12,799 nt of DNA from Octopus sinensis. Its lineage: Eukaryota. This document shows, piece by piece, positions 1-8,284 of the stretch. The stretch is taken from assembly GCF_006345805.1 (NCBI RefSeq), contig NW_021826517.1, forward strand, positions 1-12,799. Direction: 5' to 3'. The notes beneath the pieces were generated by a model. It saw nothing but the letters and a program-made list of their open reading frames with translations, made no database searches and was not told the origin of the DNA. The translations under genes were made by a program, and so were the position numbers. The stretch's first letter is position 1, and each line of letters opens with the position of its first letter.

Positions 1-117
1 TCCCCCAGTACTTAACAGGTATTTATATTTTCCAAACCCGAAAACATGAAAAGTGGCCCTTGACCTCGGCGGGATTTGAACGCAGAGTGTAAGAGAGCCG
101 GAGCAAATTCCGCATTG
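1..117 (-). mobile_element. SINE family B fragment, diverged, cut by the window edge
   Basis: CCCCAGTACTTAAC...GAAAACATGAAAAG...GACCTCGGCGGGATTTGAAC aligns to the minus-strand B copies at 7380-7624 and 8997-9206. Confidence 0.75.
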
Positions 118-570
118 CAGAAAATCCGTCGAATACTTTTACTTGCTGATGATTTGGTTCAGTGAAGCAGATCCAACAAAACTATAGAACATTAGAGGAC
201 TGCGAAAAACATTTTCTTATGTGATAGATAAATGATAAAGATTTTTTTTTATGATTTTACGACAAAACTTTACTTTCTGCGCGTTCAGCGTCGATAATTG
301 AGATTTATTACGGCGATAGATACAAGGTGACTGATCGGATTAGCGATATTAATCTACCGGTTAATGGATCATGTATTCACTGAAGAGATGACTACAAATG
401 ATGTGTTATGGCTGAGCAACGATGCGGTAGTTGTTGTTGCTATTGTAGTAAGCAGTTGTTGTTGTTGTCATTTGGACTCTGATTGAGGAGACCTATAATC
501 AAAAGTGCTTCAACCATGACTATCACATATCTATCAATTTACCAGTCTTCATATACCACGGAGTTGAGTC

Positions 571-1164
571 GCGTGACCTATTACTTAGAGTGTGCAATTA
601 TGGTCGTAAGAGTGCTTTCGATTTCAGACCTGCTGGCGTGATGTATTCGTGAGCGAACCCTTCATTTAGGGTCTTGAGCTCACGATCACAAGGTACTGAT
701 TTCGATTCTCGATCCGGGCGGTGCGATGTATTCTTGAACAAACATTTCATTTCTATACATACATAAATATAATAGAGGCACTGGCCTAGTGTTTAGGGTG
801 TTGAGCACACGATCACAAAATACTGATTTCGATCCTCAATCCAGGAGGTGTGATGTATGCTTGAGCAAAACACTTCCTTTCTATACATGCGCAAGTGTAG
901 TAGACGCGCTGGCATAGTAATTAGTGTGTTGAGCTCACAATGGTAAGGTAGTGGTTTCGATTCTGTGACTAGATAGCTCGGTGTGTCCTTGAGCAAAACA
1001 CTTCATTTTTAATACATGCGCAAATGTAATATAGGCGCTAACGAATGGTTATGGCTTTGGACTAACGATCGCAAGGTAGTGATTTCGATATTCTGACTCG
1101 GTGGCTCGAGGGGTACTTGAGCAAAACACTTAATTTTTAATACATGTGTAAGTGTATCCTATTA
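571..1164 (+). repeat. Tandem array of five SINE-A heads (tRNA-like region plus start of core), period 127-128 bp
   Basis: TTCGA (B-box-like) at 617, 701, 828, 956, 1084. CTTGA(G/A)CAAA at 733, 860, 988, 1116. A-box-like TGGCCTAGTG and TGGCATAGT at unit starts. Units align to the reverse complement of 1343-1437 and 1670-1775. Confidence 0.85.
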
Positions 1165-1191
1165 CACCCTATCCTAATGGATAGGGTGTAA
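1162..1191. repeat. Perfect 13-bp inverted repeat with 4-nt loop
   Basis: TTACACCCTATCC-TAAT-GGATAGGGTGTAA. Confidence 0.95.
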
Positions 1192-1193
1192 CT

Positions 1194-1437
1194 CTAAAAA
1201 AGTAAAGGTTACCTTCTCGAGCTATGCCGACCCATAAGAACCGGCTTCCCGTTTTCCATGGCGTATGAATTTCTGTGTTGGACGGGACGTCGGTCTGTCG
1301 CAAGGTCACTCACTTTTGTCAGCCGAGGGAACTGGAGCAACATGAAATGAATTGTGTTGCTCAAGAAATCAATGCACCGCCTGGTCCAGGAATCGAAACC
1401 ACGCTCTTACAATCATGAGTCTAACACTCTAACCACA
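1194..1437 (-). mobile_element. SINE family A, near full length (tRNA-like head, CORE/V-like core, simple tail)
   Basis: Reverse complement reads GTGGTTAGAGTG...GGTTTCGATTCCTGGACC...TTCTTGAGCAACAC...GTTGCTCCAG...GTAACCTTTACTTTTTT. Homologous to 1556-1775. Confidence 0.85.
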
Positions 1438-1900
1438 AGAAAATGTTCTTGATAAACACATTTTTCAGAATAATCTTGCTGGATTAGAGGTTTTGCTTTG
1501 TTTTGCTTTCATATTCTCGTATCAATAAAATAACAACAAAGAATAACGCTCCTTTACGAGTCATATAGACTCCTTAAATAGTTTCACAGGTTCTGTGACA
1601 TATATATACACTCCGTGGGGGGGGATGCCATTCCGTTCACAGGATGGCTCATTTTTGCCAGCTGAGTTGACTGGAGCAACATTAAATTAAGTGTTCAGCT
1701 CAAAAACACAATGCAACGCCCAGTCCAGGAATTGAAACCACAATCTTACGATCATGAGACCAGCACCCTAACCCCCAGGAAAAGGTTTTTATAAATGACT
1801 GCTTCAGGATAATCTTGCTGGGTTAGCGGTTTTACTTTCATCTTCTCGGATCGATAAAATAACAAAACAAAGATACAACACCTTCTTAAGTCATATAGCC
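1438..1900 (+). repeat. Duplicated spacer of about 125 bp (1438-1570 and 1776-1900) defining a ~339-bp SINE-A plus spacer tandem unit
   Basis: TAATCTTGCT at 1471 and 1810. ATAAAATAACAA and GTCATATAG (1560, 1890) are in both copies. ACTGGAGCAACAT at 1331 and 1670. Confidence 0.85.
1556..1775 (-). mobile_element. SINE family A, second copy
   Basis: Reverse complement GGTTAGGGTGCTGG...GGTTTCAATTCCTGGACTGGGCG...GTTGCTCCAGTCAACTCAGCTGGCAAAAATGAG matches the first copy. Confidence 0.85.
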
Positions 1901-2001
1901 GCCTTGAGCCTGTTTCCCAGGTCTCTGTGGTGTATACATTCATCTCCTGGATGGGATGCCGGACCACTTTTGTGAGCTGACTGGATTGGGGCAATGTGAA
2001 A
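1887..2001 (-). mobile_element. SINE family A, 3' half only; SINE-B sequence stands where the head would be
   Basis: GTCATATAG...TTTCCCAGG...GATGGGATGCC...GCTGACTGGATTGGGGCAATGTGAAA parallels 1560-1690. Confidence 0.65.
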
Positions 2002-2131
2002 CGAGGTCAACTTTTCCTTTCATCCTTTCAGGGTCGATAAATTAAGTACCAGTTGCGTACTAGAGTCGATCTAATCGACTGGACTCCTCCCCAACAATTT
2101 CGCCCCTTGCGCCTAGAGTAGAAAAGAATAT
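2002..2131 (+). mobile_element. SINE family B, 5'-truncated, tail type 1
   Basis: CGAGGTCAACTTTTCCTTTCATCCTTTCAGGGTCGATAAATTAAGTACCAG core; tail ends GTAGAAAAGAATAT. Confidence 0.9.
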
Positions 2132-2135
2132 TTTT

Positions 2136-2370
2136 AGGGCAATGAGCTGGCAGAAACGTTCGCACCCCGGGCGAAATGCTTAGCGGTATTTCGTCTGCCG
2201 TTACGTTCTGAGTTCAAATTCCGCCGAGGTCGACTTTCCCTTTCATCCTTTCGGGGTCGATTAAACATGTACCAGTTACGCACTGGGGTCGATATAGTCG
2301 ACTTCATCCGTTTGTCTGCCCTTGTTTGTCCCCTCTGTGTTTAGCCCCTTGTGGGCAGTAATGAAATAAG
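2136..2370 (+). mobile_element. SINE family B, full length, tail type 2
   Basis: Head GAGCTGGCAGAAACG, B-box-like GAGTTCAAATTCC, core CTTTCATCCTTTCGGGGTCGAT (from memory resembles the Meta-type SINE core), tail TTTGTCCCCTCTGTGTTTAGCCCCTTGTGGG. Confidence 0.9.
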
Positions 2371-2574
2371 AAACGTTTGCATCCCGGACGAACTGCTTAG
2401 CGTTATTTCGTTTGTCTTTACGTTCTGAGTTCAAATACCGCGGAGGTCGACTTTGCCTTTCATCCTTTCTGATTCGATAAATTAAGTGCCAGTTGTGTAC
2501 TAGGGTCGATCTAATCGACTGCTCCCACCCCACAAAAATATTTCAGGTCTTGTGCCTAAAGTAGAAAAGAATAT
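2369..2574 (+). mobile_element. SINE family B, slightly 5'-truncated, tail type 1
   Basis: AGAAACGTTTGC...GAGTTCAAATACC...GGTCGACTTTGCCTTTCATCC...GTAGAAAAGAATAT. Confidence 0.9.
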
Positions 2575-2780
2575 GGCGTGGGGAATCACCGGTGACTCCC
2601 ATGGAAGGTAAAGTGTTAAGGTACGTAAGTGAACGTCGCGAACTATATTGTTCGACGCCCCCAACGACCCATATCACTAATATACAACCCTCGTAGTTCG
2701 AAATATCAAAGGAATCTGTTATTCAATTATTTCTCTGTTTAGGTGTTGAGTTCGTTCACGCATCACTGATTTGAGACAGT

Positions 2781-2872
2781 ACAAAAACAACAAAAACGAT
2801 AAGAACGAAGACGACGACGACGACGACGATGACAATAAGCAGAAGAAGAATAAGAAGCAGCAGCAGCAGCAA
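2781..2872 (+). repeat. Compound trinucleotide tract (AAC/GAC/AAG/CAG)
   Basis: Directly visible successive GAC, AAG and CAG runs. Confidence 0.9.
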
Positions 2873-3264
2873 TGCCGGTAGGAAAGTACTTGCAATAAAG
2901 TTATCCATTAATCTGATTGTCTCAGATTGGTGACTGAATGGGAAATATTTCGCTGATAGTTATTGATATAGATGATACATGTGAAAAACTGATTTGGTCG
3001 TACTATTTGAACTAGAACTGGAAAAAGAACTAAAAATAAAAAAAAAGAGGAAAAAAATAAAATAAAAGCAAAACTAAACAAAAACAAAAGAAATCCAAGA
3101 TGCACCGGAAAGTAGGAAAGCATTCTGGTTGACACCAACCTAAATATTGATTGGAACTTTTCAACATTAGGACTTCAACAGTCGAATTTCTTTCCTACGT
3201 GCTTCTACCACCGGTCTACGTTATTCAATTAGTTGCTCTCGCGAGCGCGCTCGACAAAGCGGAG

Positions 3265-3296
<32 letters not shown>

Positions 3297-3770
3297 TGTA
3301 TGTATGTATGTATGTATGTATGTATGTATGTATGTGTGTATGTATGTGTGTATGTATGTGTGTATGTATGTCTGCCTGTATGTTCTTTTATATATATAAT
3401 ACTATATATATATATATATATATGCATGTGTGTGTGAGTGTTCGTATACATGCACACACGCACACACACACAACACACGCACACACACACAACACACGCA
3501 CACACCCACACACATATATATATATAAAAGAACAAATCATATACATAAATGGAGGAATATATACATAGGAATCTCTATATTTATATAGATATACATGCAT
3601 ATATATATGTATGTATATGAAAGAACAAAAGATATATATAAATGAAGTGTGTATATTTCTATATATATTTAGACATGTATGTGCATATATATATATATAC
3701 ATATATATATATGTATGTATGTATGTATATGCATACGTATATGTATATGTATTTATGTATGTATCGTACA
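3265..3770. repeat. Microsatellite mosaic (TATG)n, (TA)n, (CA)n
   Basis: Directly visible; source of the MYVC/YI/HT ORFs. Confidence 0.95.
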
Positions 3771-4715
3771 TGGAATGAACTTGCAGGTAGTCTGAATAAT
3801 AACGAAAAACATATCAATGCACAGGTACACACATACTGACAGTTTCATAGAAACAGATATGTAAATACATGTACATAGAGCTACGCAGATATCCGCTTAG
3901 TGAATATCTTTGCTTCGTATTTCACTAGCTTTAAATATATATTGATTTCCGGCATTGGTCTACGATAACGATTGGGATATTGTTGGTTGAATCTAACTCA
4001 ACATACATACATGTTGTAAGCTGTTTGTCTCTCTATGTGTTTGCTTGTAATACGTGATAGCTATACGAACCTCCCGAACTGAACGTCACCGTTCCAGAAG
4101 TCCCAGAAGTCCCAGGTGTCTCTGGAGCGAGAACCATGTACTGTAATAGCTTCGGATTCATGGTTTAGTAATTCTGGTTATGGAACTGCTGGGCTTGTTC
4201 AATACAGAATACTTGGAATGAGTGTTCGTAATTAGATTTTATTCTTCTAGAATGAAGGTATGGCATTCATCGTTAGTTGTTTTAGTCGTGAACTTGATGA
4301 GCATCCATGTTTTTATATCATTCCAAAGCCTCGTTTTCGACTGGCTGGCGAGATGATGGAAATAAGTGCGAGTAGTAATAATAACAGCAATTATTACCAT
4401 ACAAGTGTGGTAGTAATTAAAACAGAATGATTCTCCCCAGACAGAATCAAATATGCTTCAACACACGAATTCACATAAAGAATCTTGCAAACCAAATACA
4501 AGAATGAAATATGCGGGGCCCTTTAACCTTCACCTTCCCCCATTTATATGATCTTAGTAGCGACAATCTATCATGCCAAGTATTCAACACTACATTGAAG
4601 ACGTGAGGTTTATTTCCAAGAAGATGTATCAACTCCACAATTTCTGAACCTGCTTAGGTGAGCTTTATAAAGATCCAAATGGTGCATAAAATTTTTGGAG
4701 ACATTTTGTTTATTT

Positions 4716-4810
4716 TATGTGTGTTTGTATGTGTGTGCGTGTATATATATATACACACACACATTTATGCATACATGCACATCCACGTACATACATGAAT
4801 GCGTGCGACT

Positions 4811-4859
<49 letters not shown>

Positions 4860-5068
4860 CGTATATATAAGATTGTATCATCAAGGCTCGGCGTTGTTCG
4901 TACTTAATAAGTTGCTCCTGAAGTAAGATCTCTCTCTTTAGATATATATATGTGTGAGTGTGTTTGTGTATGTGTGTGCGCGTGTATGTGTATGCGTATG
5001 TATATATATATATAATATATATATATACCTTTGTATAAGTAAGGTATGCATGTATGTATAACATATGA

Positions 5069-5105
<37 letters not shown>

Positions 5106-5340
5106 AACACACACACCCACACGTACACACATATATATATTATGTATTGTTCGTTGCATCCTCCATTTTTATTCTATTTACCTTATTACAAACCATGCAG
5201 ACCCGGATGTGCTGAATATGCATTATACATATCCGTCCATCCATACATTCATACGCATATACATAAAAACACACACACATACATACATACATACATACAA
5301 CGCATACATACGTACGTACGTACGTACGTACATATATGCA
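4716..5340. repeat. Microsatellite mosaic (TG)n, (TA)n, (CA)n, (TACA)n, (TACG)n
   Basis: Directly visible. Confidence 0.95.
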
Positions 5341-5399
5341 CCCGCGCATACACAACTCTACAATCTCTCAGTATCCTTATTCAGACGAACCATCGTCAG

Positions 5400-5760
5400 T
5401 CGATGTCAAGTCGACCTTCTTTCAACCTTACATAAACACATTTTTTTCCATTGCGATTTTCAGTGTTTCTCTGTTTGTTTTTTTTTTTTTCTTTTTTCAG
5501 TTGTAAGTTTTCAACATTTCTTTACACCTTGTAGAGTCAGCTGCAACACGCTGGGGGATTGTTTTTCTGTTCGTCTTCACTTGTTAACGATGGTTACTTA
5601 GCTATCATGTACTTCGGGAGAAGAACAAGCACCTGGTGGTTTAGAATGTTCCACGGGAACCGTTATCATGTTTCTCGTTTATTACAACGATAGATTTAAG
5701 CAACTGCGCTACACTAATATCAAAAAATTCTTTAAATACTCTTGGCTTCAATTTGTTCTC
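5400..5760 (-). repeat. Unidentified repeat X, copy 1 (inverted relative to 7160-7735)
   Basis: CATGTTTCTCGTTTATT (5667-5683) is the exact reverse complement of 7220-7236, and collinear similarity extends on both sides. Confidence 0.8.
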
Positions 5761-5804
5761 AGCTGATTTAATTTTTCGCTTCTTCGACAGGGTTTCTTTT
5801 TCTA

Positions 5805-6220
5805 TTTTATTCTTTTATTCTTTTACTTGTTTCAGTCATTTGGCTGTGACTCATACAGGAGCACCGCCTTTAGTCGAGCAAATCGACTCCAGGACTTATT
5901 CTTTGCAAGCCTAGTACTTATTCTATCCGTCCCTGTTGTCGAACTGCTAAGTTACGAGGATGTAAACACACCAGCATCGGTTGTCAAGCGATGTTGGTGG
6001 GGAACGAATAGAGACACACAGACATATACACACACATACACATACACATATACACATATATACCACGTGCTTCTTTCAGTTTCCGTCTACCAAATCCACT
6101 CACAAGGCTTTGGTCGACCCGAGGCTATAGTAGAAGACACTTGCCCGAGGTGCCACGCAGTGGGACTGAACCCGGAACCATGTGGTTAGTAACCAAGGTA
6201 CTTACCACACAGACACTCCT
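5805..6220 (-). mobile_element. SINE family C, full length (tRNA-like head, internal CA/TA microsatellite, LINE-like tail)
   Basis: Reverse complement AGGAGTGTCTGTGTGGTAAG (A-box-like)...GGGTTCAGTCCC (B-box-like)...GGGCAAGTGTCTTCTAC...GACTGAAACAAGTAAAAGAATAAAAGAATAAAA. Homologous to 8650-8974 and 12182-12452. Confidence 0.92.
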
Positions 6221-6255
6221 AGAATTATTATTTATTTGTATTGCTTACTTCTTTC

Positions 6256-6332
6256 AAGGCGGCGAGCTGGCAGAATCGAGTTACCCCCTCCCGATAAATT
6301 TCAGGCCTTTCTTCCTGTAGTAGAAAGGATTA
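6256..6332 (+). mobile_element. SINE family B with its central ~140 bp deleted
   Basis: Head GGCGGCGAGCTGGCAGAATCG is fused directly to tail AGTTACCCCCTCCC...TTTCAGGCC...GTAGAAAGGATT. Confidence 0.75.
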
Positions 6333-6345
6333 GTTCTTTGTCATT

Positions 6346-6422
6346 TTAGTCATTGGTCTGCGGCCATGCTGGATTTACAGGACTGTCTTGAATGCCCTCA
6401 GTGAAGAAATCGACTTCCTATT
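6346..6422 (-). mobile_element. Diverged SINE-C tail fragment
   Basis: AGTCATTGGTCTGCGGCCATGCTGG...GAAATCGAC matches 8677-8730. Confidence 0.55.
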
Positions 6423-6777
6423 ACATATCCTTAATTTTTTTCCCAGTGTCTCCGCGAACTAAACGAGACTGTTTTCCGAAATAGAGACGAACGCCATTTT
6501 CCATGTCATCGGCTTGAAAAATTGTTAAGACACGAGGATATTTTCCAACTTTCCTTAACAGGAAACCGATGGTAGCCTTAATTCCCAAATAAAGAAATTG
6601 TATCCATGAATGCGGTATTAGCCCCAGGAAATGCGTAATGGGTCTAAAACAACAGTAACACCGTACTTTACAGGACTGCCACGTTATGTTGGCATAGAAA
6701 CATTACTATCCGTAACTATTTCTGTGTTTCTCTCGCTCAGAGTTTAAACATGTTGTTTACATCGATACGAGATCAGC

Positions 6778-6780
<3 letters not shown>

Positions 6781-6850
<70 letters not shown>
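6781..6850. repeat. (TA)35 microsatellite
   Basis: Pure TA run. Confidence 0.98.
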
Positions 6851-6855
<5 letters not shown>

Positions 6856-6892
6856 TGGGTGTGTTTGTGTGGTTGTGTTTAATATGCACATA

Positions 6893-7093
6893 TGTATGTG
6901 TGTGTCTTTGTGTTTTTTGTATGTTCAACTCCATCCCTTGGCAATTGGTGTTGTTTTAGAAAGGAATACTGATAGAATAAGTACACGTCTTTAAAAACAA
7001 CATACGAATTGGGGGTGGTTTGTTGAGGAAATCCCTGAGGATGGCAAATCCCAGCATGACTAATGTTCAGGGACTGAAACAGCTAAAAGATAA
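6893..7093 (+). mobile_element. Diverged SINE-C 3' half
   Basis: GATAGAATAAGTAC...CCAGCATG...GACTGAAACAGCTAAAAGA matches the reverse complement of 8650-8860. Confidence 0.7.
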
Positions 7094-7159
7094 TTATTTT
7101 AATGGAAAAGAAGAAAATAGGAATGCCAGATATGAAAGAGTTCGTGAGATGCAAACATA

Positions 7160-7735
7160 CAACAAGACCTAAGTAATTAAAGTTTTTTTTTATATTAGGG
7201 TATATAAATTTATCGTCAAAATAAACGAGAAACATGTTAATGGTTCACATGGAATATATTTAAAACATCAAGTGCATGCTCTCTGAAATCCCTCATAATT
7301 AACAAAGCATCGTTAACATGTAGCAATCAGCATGGAAACAATTGTGAGCATCTTCCAGAAGATTCCACCAAGTGTAAAGTTGTATTTATTTATTTATTGC
7401 CCACGGGGAGTGGGGCTAAACATAGGGGGGACAAACAAGGACAGAAAAAAGGGATTAAGTCGATTATATCAACCCCAGTGCGTAACTGGTACTTATCTAA
7501 TCGACCCCGAAAGGATGAAAGGCAATGTTGACATCGGCGGAATTTGAACTCAGAACCTAACAACTGACGAAATACTGCTGGGCATTTCGCCCGGCGTGCT
7601 AACGATTCTGCCAGGTCGCCGCCCTGTAAAGATATCTTGAAAACTTAACTGCGAAAAAAAACCCCATTAAAATCAAATAATCAACGGAAAAAATATAAAT
7701 ACACCGTAAATTATGGTATGTTAAGGCGGAAAACT
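7160..7735 (+). repeat. Unidentified repeat X, copy 2, interrupted by a SINE-B insertion
   Basis: Aligns to the reverse complement of 5400-5760 on both sides of the SINE (...AAGTGTAAAG | ATATCTTGAAAACTTAACTG). Confidence 0.75.
7380..7624 (-). mobile_element. SINE family B, full length, tail type 2, 7-bp TSD
   Basis: Matches the reverse complement of 2136-2370. Flanked by TGTAAAG at 7373-7379 and 7625-7631. Confidence 0.93.
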
Positions 7736-8220
7736 CCATGAAGTACTAGACTCCGTAACAGATGTTTTATTTGTTAACTTAAATCACGTTGGGGCAAACG
7801 ATGATTTTTGATATTCGTAGATTTTGTTTACGAGGCATTAGTGGTCATATGTTATGAGTTGTATTTTATTCGCTTCCGAAGCCATAGTTTGTATGTTGGT
7901 TCTCAGGAAGATTAAAGTTCCCAAGATTCGAGTAGATAATGTACAATACGTGAGTTACACAGAGTTCGTGTATTTTTTAGGGAAGATGTATTACTGGAAA
8001 TAGTAATTCCCAAATCTAGGAGCAATTTTCCATTTTTTTGATATTTTTGTTTTCTGTTTGAACGTTTATCTTCTGCTGCAATCATGCACGCAATCACACA
8101 CGCATAGAAAAGCACACACAGACACATGGGTACATTATATATATACATGCTGTTGCTAAAACGCTAACATGCACATGTATACGCTGTAATTGGCAAAAGT
8201 CTCTTGAAGGCTGTCTTTCC

Positions 8221-8284
8221 CAAAATGGCCGCAATTCAATGACGTAAACATATAAAAGACTAAATAATAAAATACACTTCCGGT
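8221..8284. promoter_or_regulatory. Candidate regulatory cluster: YY1-like, CRE-like, TATA-like and ETS motifs
   Basis: CAAAATGGCCGC 8221, TGACGTAA 8240, TATAAAAG 8251, ACTTCCGG 8276. Motif match only. Confidence 0.25.

Noticed and set aside
289-326. Possible 38-nt exon (SIIEIYYGDRYK)
   Set aside because: Weak donor (GTGACT) and no other support.
432-545. (TTG)n followed by sequence resembling another octopus SINE end
   Set aside because: Recalled from memory only; there is no second copy in the window to support it.
571-1164. CRISPR-like appearance or real tRNA gene cluster
   Set aside because: The context is eukaryotic, units are homologous along their whole length with no unique spacers, and there are no cas genes. 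The heads are degenerate and continue into SINE core sequence, so they are not called tRNAs.
2581-2880. 20-bp palindrome with one mismatch, apparent ~120-nt intron (2621/2625-2742) and downstream D/K/Q-rich frame
   Set aside because: All three frames after the acceptor hit stops early, and the acidic/Gln peptide is a trinucleotide microsatellite.
2878-3198. GTAGGAAAG occurring three times (2878, 3112, reverse at 3190)
   Set aside because: A short purine-rich 9-mer with no extended homology; plausible by chance.
3151-5601. Many 65-178 aa ORFs (MYVC, YI, HT, CV repeats), and similar ORFs at 9240-10841, 11370-11609 and 12400-12732
   Set aside because: They are translations of microsatellites and low-complexity tracts that lack stop codons, and they overlap on both strands.
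5827-6189. ORFs of 120 aa here and 114 aa at 8613-8957, similar to each other
   Set aside because: Both are antisense readings of SINE-C copies; the similarity reflects the repeat, not a gene family.
6430-6780. Unique stretch with acceptor-like sites and open frames of about 50-60 aa
   Set aside because: No matched donor and no recognisable protein motif.
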